This document shows positions 19,349-29,862 of a stretch of 64,000 nucleotides of DNA, one piece after another. The DNA is taken from NCBI GenBank assembly GCA_963813025.1, contig CAWEXO010000016.1, forward strand, positions 32,001 through 96,000, in the 5' to 3' direction. Under the pieces are notes generated by a model, which did not search any database, was not told the origin of the DNA, and worked only from the letters and a program-made list of their open reading frames with translations. The stretch's first letter is position 1. Each line of letters begins with the position of its first letter. Origin of the DNA: an uncultured Verrucomicrobiae bacterium. Lineage in GTDB: Bacteria > Verrucomicrobiota > Verrucomicrobiia > Chthoniobacterales > JAFAMB01. Made by a program: the position numbers and the translations under genes.

Positions 19349-20938
19349 ATGCCCGAAAACCCATTTCCGTCCCCGGAGGAACTCCAGAAAAAGATCCAGG
19401 AGTTCATGAAAACGAATTTTGGGGACAAAGTCTCGGTGGCGACCTTTACCCAACCGGCGGCGACCGATGAACCCCCCGAAGAGCCCCGAGAAACGTTTGA
19501 CCCCTTTGAGTTCAATCTCACGCCCAAAAAAATCAAGGCGTACCTAGACCGGTTCGTGATTCGGCAGGACGAAGCGAAGAGGACCCTGGCCATCGCGGTC
19601 TGCGATCACTACAACCACGTGAACTTTGTCCGGCGTCTGGCAAAGGAAAAACCAGAAAACGCCGAGGCGATTGAATACAGCAAAGCCAATGTGCTTCTGC
19701 TCGGACCCACGGGAGTTGGCAAGACCTACCTGGTGAAACACATTGCGGAACTGATTGGGGTTCCGTTTGTCAAGGCAGATGCCACCAAGTTCAGTGAGAC
19801 TGGCTACGTCGGAGGTGACGTCGAGGATTTGGTGCGAGATCTCCTGCAGCGCGCCGACGGTAATCCTGACGTTGCGCAATACGGCATCATCTACGTCGAC
19901 GAGATTGATAAGATTGCCGCGAGCACAAATCTGGCCGGACGAGACGTCAGCGGTCGCGGGGTGCAAACCACCTTGTTGAAGTTGATGGAGGAAACCGAAG
20001 TGCCGTTGCGCAACCCGATGGATATTCAATCGCAGATCCAGTCCGCGATGGAGTTCCAGCGCAAGGGTAAGGTGAAGAAAGAGACTATTAATACCCGCCA
20101 TATTCTTTTCATCTGCAGTGGCGCTTTTGACCGGCTGAAGGAACAGGTCAGCCGCCGTCTGCGACAATCCAGCTTCGGCTTTCAACCGCACGCGACGCCA
20201 GTTGAGGGTCCGGCCGTGCTCGCTGCCGCCACAACCCGCGATTTCATCGAGTACGGGTTCGAGCCGGAATTTATCGGGCGGCTACCGGTACGGGTCGTCT
20301 GCGAAGAACTCACGGCTGAAGATTTCTTTGCCATTTTGAAGACATCTGAGGGGAGCATCATTCGCCAATACACTCGCGCTTTTGAGGCATTCGGAATCGA
20401 CATTGAGTTTTCCGATGAGGCGCTCCGGGAAATCGCGCACTTGGCGGAATACGAGAGAACCGGCGCGCGCGGCCTGTTGACCGTGTGCGACCGGGTACTC
20501 CGTGACTTTAAGTTTGAGTTGCCGGGCTCGGGCGTGCGCCAATTGCATGTCGGAATCGACCTCGTCCGAGACGCAGCAGGCACTCTGGCCCGCGTCCTCG
20601 ACTCTGCCAGAGCCGAGGCGCAGTCCAACAGAGCGGAAATGGTGCGCCAGTTTGCCGAGGTTTTTTCGCAAAAGCATGGCGTCAAATTTGAGATCGAGGA
20701 ACCGGCAATTGACGCGATTGTGCGCCGAGCAACGGACCAGCAGCGTGAGGTGGTAGATTACTGCACCGAACTCTTCAAGGATTACCCTTACGGACTCAAG
20801 CTGCTCCGAGATCGTAGTGCGGATCTGTCTTTTCATTTTCCAGTCAGTGCCCTGGAGGATCCCGATAAATTCCTGAGCGAAAGGGTGGTCGAATTTTATC
20901 GTCAGGAGGGAGGGGCCGGCCGCAGCCGGTCCGAATAA
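19349..20938 (+). CDS. clpX: ClpX-like AAA+ ATPase lacking the zinc-binding domain, with a C-terminal extension
   Basis: GPTGVGKT, ADATKFSETGYVG, DEIDKI, RDVSGRGVQ, PEFIGRLP and TGARGL. Confidence 0.8.
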   Translation: MPENPFPSPEELQKKIQEFMKTNFGDKVSVATFTQPAATDEPPEEPRETFDPFEFNLTPKKIKAYLDRFVIRQDEAKRTLAIAVCDHYNHVNFVRRLAKEKPENAEAIEYSKANVLLLGPTGVGKTYLVKHIAELIGVPFVKADATKFSETGYVGGDVEDLVRDLLQRADGNPDVAQYGIIYVDEIDKIAASTNLAGRDVSGRGVQTTLLKLMEETEVPLRNPMDIQSQIQSAMEFQRKGKVKKETINTRHILFICSGAFDRLKEQVSRRLRQSSFGFQPHATPVEGPAVLAAATTRDFIEYGFEPEFIGRLPVRVVCEELTAEDFFAILKTSEGSIIRQYTRAFEAFGIDIEFSDEALREIAHLAEYERTGARGLLTVCDRVLRDFKFELPGSGVRQLHVGIDLVRDAAGTLARVLDSARAEAQSNRAEMVRQFAEVFSQKHGVKFEIEEPAIDAIVRRATDQQREVVDYCTELFKDYPYGLKLLRDRSADLSFHFPVSALEDPDKFLSERVVEFYRQEGGAGRSRSE

Positions 20939-21580
20939 TTGCAGCGCGTCGATTATCCGCCTCTTTTTCAAGAGCTTATTCGGGAACTTCGGCGAATGCC
21001 CGGAATCGGCCCACGCAGCGCCGAACGGATCGCGCTATGGATGGTGCAGGCGCGCGACGCGCGTTCGCCGGAAATTGCACAGGCCATTGCGCGGTGTGCC
21101 ACTGGGATCAGGAACTGCGTAAAGTGCGGTTTTTTTTCGGAGCAGGAACTCTGTGTCATTTGTTCCGATACCGCCCGGGACAGTGGGATGCTGTGTGTAG
21201 TGGAACAGCCAACCGATATTCTGCCGTTGGAGCGGACAGCGACTTATCGAGGGCTTTATCACTCCCTAGGCGGAAAATTATCTCCGCTCGACCATATCGG
21301 AGCCGGCGACCTGCGAATCGATGAATTGATCCGGCGAGTTGCGCAGGAGCAACCGCGCGAAGTAATTCTGGCAACCGGCGCGGATGTCGAGGGCGAAGCA
21401 ACGGCGAACTATCTGGCGGACTTGTTGAGTGAACGCGAACTCAGGCTTACCCGGATTGCCCAAGGTCTTCCGGCCGGTCTTGGGCTGGAGAGCGTCGATG
21501 AACTCACGATCGCCCGGGCTTTCAACGGACGGGTGACGATCACTGGCACTGGCACTGACACTGACATTGACACTAGCTGA
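20939..21580 (+). CDS. recR: recombination mediator RecR
   Basis: PGIGPRSAERI, C4 zinc finger, CVVE and EGEATA. TTG start directly after the clpX stop. Confidence 0.95.
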   Translation: MQRVDYPPLFQELIRELRRMPGIGPRSAERIALWMVQARDARSPEIAQAIARCATGIRNCVKCGFFSEQELCVICSDTARDSGMLCVVEQPTDILPLERTATYRGLYHSLGGKLSPLDHIGAGDLRIDELIRRVAQEQPREVILATGADVEGEATANYLADLLSERELRLTRIAQGLPAGLGLESVDELTIARAFNGRVTITGTGTDTDIDTS

Positions 21581-21587
21581 CAGGACA

Positions 21588-22679
21588 ATGAATGCGTCCA
21601 ACAAAATCCTGGTCGCCATGTCAGGCGGAGTGGACAGTAGCGTTGCCGCTCTTCTCCTGAATCGCGCCGACGCTTGCGTCGAGGGGGTTTACATGAAGAA
21701 CTGGATCAACGAGGAAAAGATCCTCGGTGATTGCCCTTGGCAGCAGGATATCGAGGATGCTCGGGCCGTGGCTGAGACAATCGGAATTCCGTTTCGGGTG
21801 ATGAATCTCATGCAGGAATACCGGCTACGCGTGGTGAACTATCTGATCCAGGGTTACCAGGGAGGGATTACACCCAATCCCGACGTGATGTGCAACCGGG
21901 AGATGAAGTTTGGGGTTTTGCTGGAACTCGCCCGGGCCGCGGGATTCCGCGCGGTTGCGACCGGTCATTATGCGCGGCGCGTTCAAGCAGCGGATGGTTC
22001 ATGGAACATTCTGGAGGGAGTGGATAAGCAAAAAGATCAAAGCTATTTTCTCGCGCTTCTTCGACAGGACCAGATCGCCGCGGCCAGATTCCCGGTCGGC
22101 GAGCTATTAAAAAAGGAGGTCCGCCAATCGGCGGAAAATAGCCGGCTGGTCACCGCCAAAAAGAAAGACAGCCAAGGCATTTGTTTCATTGGCAACGTGC
22201 GGATGCGGGATTTTCTGCGCTCGTTTGTCGAGGACAAACCTGGCCTGATTCGGAATCAGTCTGGCGCGGTGATTGGCCAGCACAATGGTCTGCATCTTTA
22301 TACTCTCGGCCAGAAACGGGGGGTAGGTGTTCCTTCCAACACTCGTTATGAATCTTACGCGGTAGTGGAGAAGCGCGCGGCGAGCAACGAGCTGATTGTT
22401 GCTTTTGATCGGCCGGACACCGCGGGTTTGTACGCCAGCAGATGCGGTTTGGCGTCGGTCTCCTTTACAAATCGAGAAATCCATGACACTGCCCGGCTTT
22501 TGGTAAAACCGCGGTATCGAGCCAAAGCGAGTGCAGCGCGTTTTGCCTGGTGCGGGAACGGCCGCGTGGAATTGGAATTTTCTGAGCCGCAACGCGCTTT
22601 GACGCCCGGCCAAATCTGCGCACTGTACGACGGCGAGTTGCTGTTGGGTGGCGGTGTCCTCGAAGAAATCTACGGGTAA
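21588..22679 (+). CDS. mnmA: tRNA 2-thiouridine synthase MnmA
   Basis: AMSGGVDSS, TPNPDVMCN, ATGHY, KDQSYFL, DSQGICF and ALTPGQ. Confidence 0.95.
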   Translation: MNASNKILVAMSGGVDSSVAALLLNRADACVEGVYMKNWINEEKILGDCPWQQDIEDARAVAETIGIPFRVMNLMQEYRLRVVNYLIQGYQGGITPNPDVMCNREMKFGVLLELARAAGFRAVATGHYARRVQAADGSWNILEGVDKQKDQSYFLALLRQDQIAAARFPVGELLKKEVRQSAENSRLVTAKKKDSQGICFIGNVRMRDFLRSFVEDKPGLIRNQSGAVIGQHNGLHLYTLGQKRGVGVPSNTRYESYAVVEKRAASNELIVAFDRPDTAGLYASRCGLASVSFTNREIHDTARLLVKPRYRAKASAARFAWCGNGRVELEFSEPQRALTPGQICALYDGELLLGGGVLEEIYG

Positions 22680-22834
22680 GCCTGCAGCGCTGGCAGGACG
22701 AGCCGGCGCTCATCCCTACCACGCGCTGATCGCCCCCTGAGCGGTAGGGACCGGCTCCTGTCGGTCCTTTCCTACTTGGTGTTGTGAGACAATCTCTAGA
22801 TTTTCGCCCTGTCGGCGCGGGCCCTAGCGCCAGT

Positions 22835-23710
22835 TTAATATTCCCTTGCCAGCAGGTGATCGGCTAAGCCGTCCAATATTTCCGCTCGGCGGCCCAGAGG
22901 TTTCAAAGCTTTCCGAGCGCTTTCGGTGAGTTCACGCGCAATGAGGCGTGAACGTTCCAGGCCAACCACAGCCGGAAAGGTCGCTTTCTCCGCAGTCACA
23001 TCCTTTCCGGCGCTCTTTCCGAGCCGTTCCGACGTCTGCGTAACGTCCAGAATGTCATCGATGACCTGGAAAGCGATGCCGAGAGCTCTGCCGAAGTCTG
23101 AGAGATGGTTGAGTTGACGTAGAGTCGCGTTGGCGCTCATCGCGCCAAGCCGGATCGAGGCCTGGAGAAGAGATGCCGTCTTTGATTCATGGATAAAGCG
23201 GAGCATGGGAAGCGACGTTTTTCGGCCTTCATTTTCCAGGTCGAGCACCTGGCCGGCAATCAGGTGACGGCTACCAGCGGCGATCGCGAGTTCCTGTACA
23301 ACTTGGCGCAGCCCATACCTGGGCCAGCCCGGCGCCTGCGCGGCCAGTTCGAATGCGAACGTCAAGAGGGCATCTCCCGCCAGAACCGCGATGGCTTCAC
23401 CAAAGACTTTGTGAGAAGTCGGCCGGCCCCGCCGGAAATCATCATCGTCCATGCACGGGAGATCGTCATGGATAAGCGAGTAGGTGTGAATACACTCAAC
23501 CCCGCAAGCCAGTGGAAGTGCTTCCTCCGAACGGCCGCCGCACGCTTCGGCTGCGGCCAGACAGAGAATTGGGCGCAAGCGCTTGCCTCCGGCAAAGATA
23601 CTGTAGCGCATCGCTTTATGGATCGTTTTTGGTTTGGTGGTGCCGCTCGGGAGAAAGCGGTCCAAGGCTTTGTCCACCAGCTTCTGGCGGGAATCTAAGT
23701 AATCTTTCAT
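22835..23710 (-). CDS. ispA: farnesyl/geranylgeranyl diphosphate synthase
   Basis: GGKRLRP, SLIHDDLPCMDDDDFRRG, FQVIDDILD and GKSAGKD. Confidence 0.9.
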   Translation of the reverse strand: MKDYLDSRQKLVDKALDRFLPSGTTKPKTIHKAMRYSIFAGGKRLRPILCLAAAEACGGRSEEALPLACGVECIHTYSLIHDDLPCMDDDDFRRGRPTSHKVFGEAIAVLAGDALLTFAFELAAQAPGWPRYGLRQVVQELAIAAGSRHLIAGQVLDLENEGRKTSLPMLRFIHESKTASLLQASIRLGAMSANATLRQLNHLSDFGRALGIAFQVIDDILDVTQTSERLGKSAGKDVTAEKATFPAVVGLERSRLIARELTESARKALKPLGRRAEILDGLADHLLAREY

Positions 23711-23718
23711 GCCTGCAA

Positions 23719-25347
23719 CTATCGGAGATAGCGCTGGGCAATGGGCATGCGCCAGCCTATTCCGAAGGCCAGACTGGTCACTTTTAAACCGGGGGCGGCT
23801 TGACGACGTTTATACTCGTTGGCATCCACCCGCCGCTGGACCCATCGCACGGTTTCTGGGTCGAATCCTTGCTGGACGATATCGTCCGGGCTGAGTTGTT
23901 CTTCGACATAGCGTTGCAAGATGGCATCCAGTACCTCATAAGGCGGCAAAGTATCCTGATCAGACTGGTCGAATTTAAGTTCAGCGCTCGGGGGCTTGCG
24001 GATTGAATTTTCCGGGATGATCTCCCGGTCGCGATTTATCCAGTTGGCCAACCTATAGATCATCGTCTTGGGCACGTCACTGACCACTGCCAGCCCGCCT
24101 GCCATGTCCCCATAGATCGTGCAATAACCCACCGCCAATTCGCTTTTATTTCCGGTCGTCAAGAGAAGATGGCCAAACTTGTTGGACAACGCCATGAGGG
24201 TAAGGCCGCGCAACCTCGACTGCATATTTTCCTCGGTAGCGTCCTCCATGAGACCGGCAAAGATCTTCTTGAATTGCCCTTTAAACACTTCGAAAGGCTC
24301 CTTTATTGAGATCACAGAGCGGCTGATCCCGAGGTTGCGCGCGAGTTGCTCGGCATCAATCAGGCTGCCTGGGGAAGAGTACTGACTAGGCATGGAGACA
24401 CCGGTGACGTTTTGTCGACTCAAAGCATCAGCTGCCAGAACCGCGGTGACGGCCGAATCAATGCCGCCGCTCAATCCGAGTACCGCGCTGCGGAAGCCGC
24501 ACTTGGAAAAATAATCCCGAATGCCCAGGAGCAGCGCATGGTAGATCTCCTCTTCAGCCTGCCGAGAAAATGTGTCCTCACTTTGTGCGTCCTCCGAAAG
24601 CACCGCGACCTCTTCGCGGAATGCGCTCAGCGCGCCCGACGCGATACCGTCCGGCCTGGCTGCAAAGGAATTTCCGTCGAAGATCAGTTCGTCATTTCCC
24701 CCTACCGAATTACAGTAGAAAATAGGGACTTTATATTGCCGGGCGAGCTCACTGACCATCCGAAACCGAAGAGCTGGTTTCCCCGCGTGGAATGGAGAAG
24801 AGCTCAGATTAACGATGAGGTCAGCGCCATGGGACAAGAGTGACGTGACCGGATCCTGCGCATAGAGATCTCGCTTCAGGTAGGCGTCAGTCCAGATATC
24901 TTCGCAAATGGTAACCCCGACGAGGCGGCCGGCCAGGCGAATAGGCACCTGCTCCCGGGCAGGTTCAAAGTACCGAGCCTCATCGAAAACGTCATAGGTC
25001 GGCAGAAGTGTCTTCCAGGTCTTCGTAATCGGACGTGCCTTCTCCAGCACGGCGCAAGCATTGATAAAGGGCTTTCCGATCTTTGCTGGATTGAAATCCA
25101 CGTAGCCTACGAGCAGCGGAACGGGACCGACGACCTGGTGCAAAGCATCCAGCTCAGCCAGCGTCTCTGGGACAAATCGGGATTTAAAAACTAGGTCCTG
25201 CGGCGGGTAACCGGTCAACGCAAGCTCCGGGGTAAGGACAAGTTCTGCACCGGCGCCGACCGCCCGATCATAGGCGTTTTTGATCTTGGCGGCATTGCCT
25301 CGGAGATCGCCAACTGTCGTATTTATCTGGGCAAAACCAACACGCAT
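23719..25347 (-). CDS. nadE: glutamine-dependent NAD+ synthetase
   Basis: Nitrilase domain (PEL..GYPP, ICEDIW) plus GLSGGIDS, TGNKSE and PSAEL. Confidence 0.95.
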   Translation of the reverse strand: MRVGFAQINTTVGDLRGNAAKIKNAYDRAVGAGAELVLTPELALTGYPPQDLVFKSRFVPETLAELDALHQVVGPVPLLVGYVDFNPAKIGKPFINACAVLEKARPITKTWKTLLPTYDVFDEARYFEPAREQVPIRLAGRLVGVTICEDIWTDAYLKRDLYAQDPVTSLLSHGADLIVNLSSSPFHAGKPALRFRMVSELARQYKVPIFYCNSVGGNDELIFDGNSFAARPDGIASGALSAFREEVAVLSEDAQSEDTFSRQAEEEIYHALLLGIRDYFSKCGFRSAVLGLSGGIDSAVTAVLAADALSRQNVTGVSMPSQYSSPGSLIDAEQLARNLGISRSVISIKEPFEVFKGQFKKIFAGLMEDATEENMQSRLRGLTLMALSNKFGHLLLTTGNKSELAVGYCTIYGDMAGGLAVVSDVPKTMIYRLANWINRDREIIPENSIRKPPSAELKFDQSDQDTLPPYEVLDAILQRYVEEQLSPDDIVQQGFDPETVRWVQRRVDANEYKRRQAAPGLKVTSLAFGIGWRMPIAQRYLR

Positions 25348-25613
25348 GAGATGACAAAACCTAAATATTGCGAAACTCAGCGGTAAAGCGAGCGAGGCAG
25401 CTAAAAAATTGAGCAGATGGTAGTCAACCGAGCGATGGGAGCGGCGGGAGCGGGTCAGCGGAGGGAGAATAGCTTGAAAGTTGTAGAACTCCCAGGCCGT
25501 TGGTTTTCAGGCCTTTGAATACCTCGGCGATGATTGGAGTCGCTCAAGCCGCTCAGGCCGTTCGGTCTGATCTGCTGCACCTGGCACTGACACTTGGCAC
25601 TGACACTGATAAT

Positions 25614-26933
25614 TCAGCTTGGCCGGAAGATGAAGTGCAACAAGAACAGCGCGGCTAATGCGATCGAGACTGGAGTGAGTTCCTTCCAACGACCCAACCC
25701 CGCCGTAATGAGTACCTGACTAAAGATGCCGACCGCGATTCCCTCGCTGATACTGAAGGCCAAAGGCATAATGAGCATGGTCAGCACCGCTGGACAGGCT
25801 TTCACAAAGTCCGGCAGGTCCAGTTCAGCGGCGGTTTGCATCATAAAGACCCCGACAATCACCAGCGCGGGCGCCGTAGCCACCGCCGGGATCGCGAGGA
25901 TCAACGGGCTAAAGAACAAGGAGAGCAGAAAACAGACCGCAACCGTGAGCCCGGTGATACCGGTGCGCCCGCCCGCCTCCACTCCAGCAGCTGACTCGAT
26001 ATAGCTAGTCGTGCTGGAAGTACCGAGCAGGGAGCTGATAATTGCCGCGCCGGCATCCGCGGCAAGCGCGCGTCCAATCCGGGGCAGGTTGCCGTTTTCA
26101 TCAAGAAGACCCGCCCGGCGGCATACGCCGAGCAGTGTGCCCATGTTGTCGAACAGTTCCGTGAAGAGCAGAGCGAGGACGAGCACGATGCCGGTAAGAA
26201 AATGGGTCCAAAGAAATCCCAAATCGAGCTTCAGAAAGGTCGGCGCGAGAGAGGCCGGCGGCGCAACCAGCGAGGAGGGCCAAGCTGTGATTGCTGCATG
26301 ATCCGGCCGCTGCGTTCGTATGAACAACCCAGCAACGCTGAGGATGAGAATAGAACAAATGATCGCTCCCGGAACTCGGCGGCCCACGAGAACAGCGGTC
26401 AGCAAAATCCCGGCAAGGGTCAGCACGGGCTCCGGCTGCGAAAACGATCCAAGTTTAACCAGGGTCGTTTGGTCCGCGACAATGACGCCTCCGTTTTTCA
26501 ACCCGATGAAAGCGATGAACAGCCCAATCCCGCAGGTGATCGCCATCTTGAGGTGGTTCGGGATCGCATCGATTATGAGACGGCGCAGCCCGGAGATCGA
26601 GAGAAGCAAGAACAAAACACCATTGTAGAAGACAAGACCTAGTGCAGCCTCCCAGGGAACCTTCAGCTGGAGGCAGATCGTAAATGCGAAAAACGCATTT
26701 AGCCCCATGCCGGGAGCAAGCGCGATCGGGTAGTCGGTGAGCAGCGCCATTAGCATGGTCGTGATCGCAGCGGAAAGCGCTGTGGCGGTAAAAACCGCGC
26801 CCTTGTCCATACCCGCAAAACCAAGGATCTGGGGATTCACCGCCAGGATGTAGGCCATGGCCGCGAAGGTCGTCAGACCAGCAACAATTTCCCGGCTATA
26901 GAGAGCGGGCCGGGTATCGGAGGTTTTGGGCAT
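25614..26933 (-). CDS. NCS2 / AzgA-like purine permease
   Basis: AGLTTF..MAYILAVNP, APGMGLNAFF and YIESAAGVEAGGRTG. Confidence 0.9.
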   Translation of the reverse strand: MPKTSDTRPALYSREIVAGLTTFAAMAYILAVNPQILGFAGMDKGAVFTATALSAAITTMLMALLTDYPIALAPGMGLNAFFAFTICLQLKVPWEAALGLVFYNGVLFLLLSISGLRRLIIDAIPNHLKMAITCGIGLFIAFIGLKNGGVIVADQTTLVKLGSFSQPEPVLTLAGILLTAVLVGRRVPGAIICSILILSVAGLFIRTQRPDHAAITAWPSSLVAPPASLAPTFLKLDLGFLWTHFLTGIVLVLALLFTELFDNMGTLLGVCRRAGLLDENGNLPRIGRALAADAGAAIISSLLGTSSTTSYIESAAGVEAGGRTGITGLTVAVCFLLSLFFSPLILAIPAVATAPALVIVGVFMMQTAAELDLPDFVKACPAVLTMLIMPLAFSISEGIAVGIFSQVLITAGLGRWKELTPVSIALAALFLLHFIFRPS

Positions 26934-26986
26934 GCGCGATCAGGCAATCGGGCGCGAGTGTGCCCATTCTCCAGGACAAATGCAAT

Positions 26987-27033
26987 AGCCTGCATCGCTC
27001 GAAAATCCCAGGGATTTGCGAGCGATGCAGGCT
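26987..27033. repeat. 47-bp palindrome with a second copy at 63576-63623
   Basis: AGCCTGCATCGCTCGAAAATCCC-A-GGGATTTGCGAGCGATGCAGGCT. Confidence 0.8.
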
Positions 27034-27359
27034 TGCCTCTGCGGCGCGATTGCGCCGCAGAGGTCAAAAGAAGTCGCTAAGCAGCAGCGCCGGCGCGCTT
27101 GGTAAGCGTTGCTCGCCTCCGCGGGCGTCCAGCAGATTCCGTCTGCCAATCCCGTCGGAGCAGCGCGTAGTCGATTTCCGGAAGCGGCGGCTCGCTCCTC
27201 GAAGGTTGTGGTCTGGCCGACGCCAGCAGCTTGCCCTGGCTAGCCAGAGCTAATAATGCGCAGAATTCAATCATTTTATCCTCCCGTTGGTTTTCCGTCG
27301 AACAGTCCCAGTATCCTGGGGGAGGGGGAACAAGGGTGTTCCTTTTGGCGTTATTCGTT

Positions 27360-27644
27360 TCAATGCTGACCGGCCTCGATCGGTTCTTGCGATTCGTCCA
27401 TTTGGACCTGCAGCCGGGTATTCAATGCGAGCAGCGAGATAAGGAGGCCGAGAATCATCCCGATTCCAAACAGACTCGCCAGAGGTTCGAGCGAACTTTG
27501 ATCCGCTCCCGCAATGAAGACGCGGGCAATTGCCGATAGCGCGAAGACGACAGCACTGGCCACCGCTATAGCGGTCAGGCTGCTTTTCGTGTCTTCAACA
27601 TGTCGTTTTGTGATTTCGTGTTCCATAAGGGTTTCACCTTTCAC
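27360..27644 (-). CDS. small hypothetical membrane protein
   Basis: Two hydrophobic segments; start uncertain. Confidence 0.5.
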   Translation of the reverse strand: MKGETLMEHEITKRHVEDTKSSLTAIAVASAVVFALSAIARVFIAGADQSSLEPLASLFGIGMILGLLISLLALNTRLQVQMDESQEPIEAGQH

Positions 27645-28056
27645 TTGTGCTCACCACGAAGCGTTTGCTCCGGGTGAAACCCTCATCAGCAACACTAATT
27701 GTCCCCGAACCATTCCCTAATCGGACCAAAAGTCAAACGCTTGCCTTTTTTAGCCGGGCTTGAGCCGCCGGAGGGTCGCGGCTCGCCTCAGGCCAAAGAA
27801 GTTTATAAGTCTTCGGATCATTCTGCGCGATTGGCAGGGCGAGAATTTCATTCGAGCCGCTTTCGGAGATCCAGGGTCAAGCGCTTCCGGGCACGAAAAC
27901 ACTTGAGCAATTTCCCGGTTTCCGCATCCATGAGAGAATGAGATGCTTCGGACGAAGCGTCGTCCGTTGGGGGACTATTGAACGATCTTGGAACGCAGCG
28001 GTCAAGCCCCGCGCGCATCCCCAGAGAACCCGTCGAGGTACGGCCTCGCCAGAACC

Positions 28057-29163
28057 ATGAAATACCTTCTCGCGCCGGACAAGTTCAAAGGCACGCTGAG
28101 CGCACCCGAGGTAAGCGCGGCGATCGCGCAAGTTATTCGCGACGACGATCCCCGGGCAGAAGTGGAAGAAATACCAATCGCCGATGGCGGCGAAGGCACC
28201 GCTGCACTGTTGGCCTTGGAGCTGGGGGCGGAGCGGTTTGTGCGTCCGACTCTCGATCCTCTTGGACATGATATTGAAGCCGAATTTTTTCTCAAAGATG
28301 GCGAAGGCTACGTCGATATGAGCGCCGCTTCCGGTCTGTGGTTGATCGATCCGGCGGACCGGGATCCGTTGGGCGCCTCGACTTACGGTACCGGAATCCT
28401 GCTTCGCCATCTCATTGAGCTCGGCGCAACCCGGATCAATATCGGGTTAGGCGGCAGCGCCACGATTGATGCCGGTCTAGGCATGGCCGCCGCCTTGGGT
28501 TATGAATTTAGCAATAGTTCAGGTCGGAGGATCGAACCGCTCCCTCGGAACTTCGACTCGATCCAGACCGTACGGTCGCCCGTCTTTGCTCATCTGCCCA
28601 AGGTGGTCGGATTAGCGGATGTAACCAACCGCCTGCTTGGTTCCGCAGGAGCGACCTGTACCTTTGGCCGTCAGAAAGGTCTTCGTGAGAATCAACTCGC
28701 CGAATTTGATAGCGTTTTAAGCCGCTTGGTTACCCGGATAGCAAAATCGCTCGGCACGGATTATTCCGATGTCTCGAGAGCGGGGGCTGCCGGAGGGTTC
28801 GGCTACGGGATCCTGACTTTTCTCCATGGAAGCCTCGTCGGAGGCTTTGATGCCGTTGCGGAGAAACTACGGTTGCCGGATCGAATAGCAGAGGCTGATG
28901 TTGTCATTACCGGGGAAGGGCGGCTCGATTCGCAGTCGCTGCAAGGCAAAGGCCCGTTCGGCGTCGCTTCGCTGGCCAGAGCACAAGGTAAACCTGTCTG
29001 GGCGGTGGCGGGAATCATTGAGGATGCGGCCGAGGTCAGGGCGGCTTTTGATCGTCTGATCTCGTTTGTCGACGAACACATCTCCACACAGGAAGCGCTC
29101 GCGAAACCGGCCGAGATCCTTCGGCGCCGCACGCGCGAACTGCTTGCGATGGGAGAAAATTAA
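28057..29163 (+). CDS. glycerate kinase
   Basis: APDKFKGTLS, PIADGGEGT, GLGGSATID, GAAGG and ITGEGRLDSQSLQGK. Confidence 0.92.
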   Translation: MKYLLAPDKFKGTLSAPEVSAAIAQVIRDDDPRAEVEEIPIADGGEGTAALLALELGAERFVRPTLDPLGHDIEAEFFLKDGEGYVDMSAASGLWLIDPADRDPLGASTYGTGILLRHLIELGATRINIGLGGSATIDAGLGMAAALGYEFSNSSGRRIEPLPRNFDSIQTVRSPVFAHLPKVVGLADVTNRLLGSAGATCTFGRQKGLRENQLAEFDSVLSRLVTRIAKSLGTDYSDVSRAGAAGGFGYGILTFLHGSLVGGFDAVAEKLRLPDRIAEADVVITGEGRLDSQSLQGKGPFGVASLARAQGKPVWAVAGIIEDAAEVRAAFDRLISFVDEHISTQEALAKPAEILRRRTRELLAMGEN

Positions 29164-29204
29164 AGCGCTTGGTCGCGTGCCTTCTCTTTTCTCCGGCACG
29201 GCGA

Positions 29205-29699
29205 TCAGCCGATAGCGAAGTTTAAGCCAACCGCGCTCTCCAACGTCGCGCTAGCGGCATGCAGTGAAACCGCCCACGTCTGATCCCCAACGACTCCGTC
29301 CACAGCGACCCCACCCCAAGACTGGAATGCTTCAACTGCTGCTCGCGTGTCCGCCCCGTAGAGTCCGTCGATCCCCTGCGGAGTTGTGTTCCACTGGCCA
29401 GGTGCCCCGTTCGTCAGCACCGTTTGGAGACTGCGGACAACATCGCCGGATGAACCCTCCTGCAGGGTCGGCATCGGACCGCCATCCGGCAAGGCGTTCC
29501 ACGTCAGCGGACCGACAATACCATCGACGACCAGGCCAGCCGAATCCTGAAATTGTTTCACCGCCGTCTCGGTTTGAGAATCAAACGTGCCAGTGACCGT
29601 GAGTCCGAGGTTCGGGGTGCGACGCAGAGCCCGTTGCAAACGCCGAACTGCTTGGCCGGTAGCACCCGGACTTATGGTAGGCTGACCTGGATTTGGCAG
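29205..29699 (-). CDS. protein with two peptidoglycan-binding (PG_binding_1) domains
   Basis: Two copies of G..G..VR.LQ...G.F/Y...T..AV..FQ...G...DG.VG..TW. The frame is open to a CTG at 29699, downstream of AAAGGA. Confidence 0.85.
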   Translation of the reverse strand: MPNPGQPTISPGATGQAVRRLQRALRRTPNLGLTVTGTFDSQTETAVKQFQDSAGLVVDGIVGPLTWNALPDGGPMPTLQEGSSGDVVRSLQTVLTNGAPGQWNTTPQGIDGLYGADTRAAVEAFQSWGGVAVDGVVGDQTWAVSLHAASATLESAVGLNFAIG

Positions 29700-29862
29700 A
29701 ATCTGTCCTTTTGTTGGGGCGGTTAGGGAAAACCGGCATCATGAGCAGTAACTATTTCAAAAATCAACGCTTTCCTGTTAAAGCTGGTTTTTACCGCAGA
29801 AATTCATGGGACTATAGGACCTATGGGACCTATGCGTCTCATAAGTCCTCTATCCTAGGCTA

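Noticed and set aside
26934..27100. Purine riboswitch upstream of the NCS2 permease
   Set aside because: No purine aptamer consensus is visible; the hairpin present is a dispersed palindrome also found at 63576.
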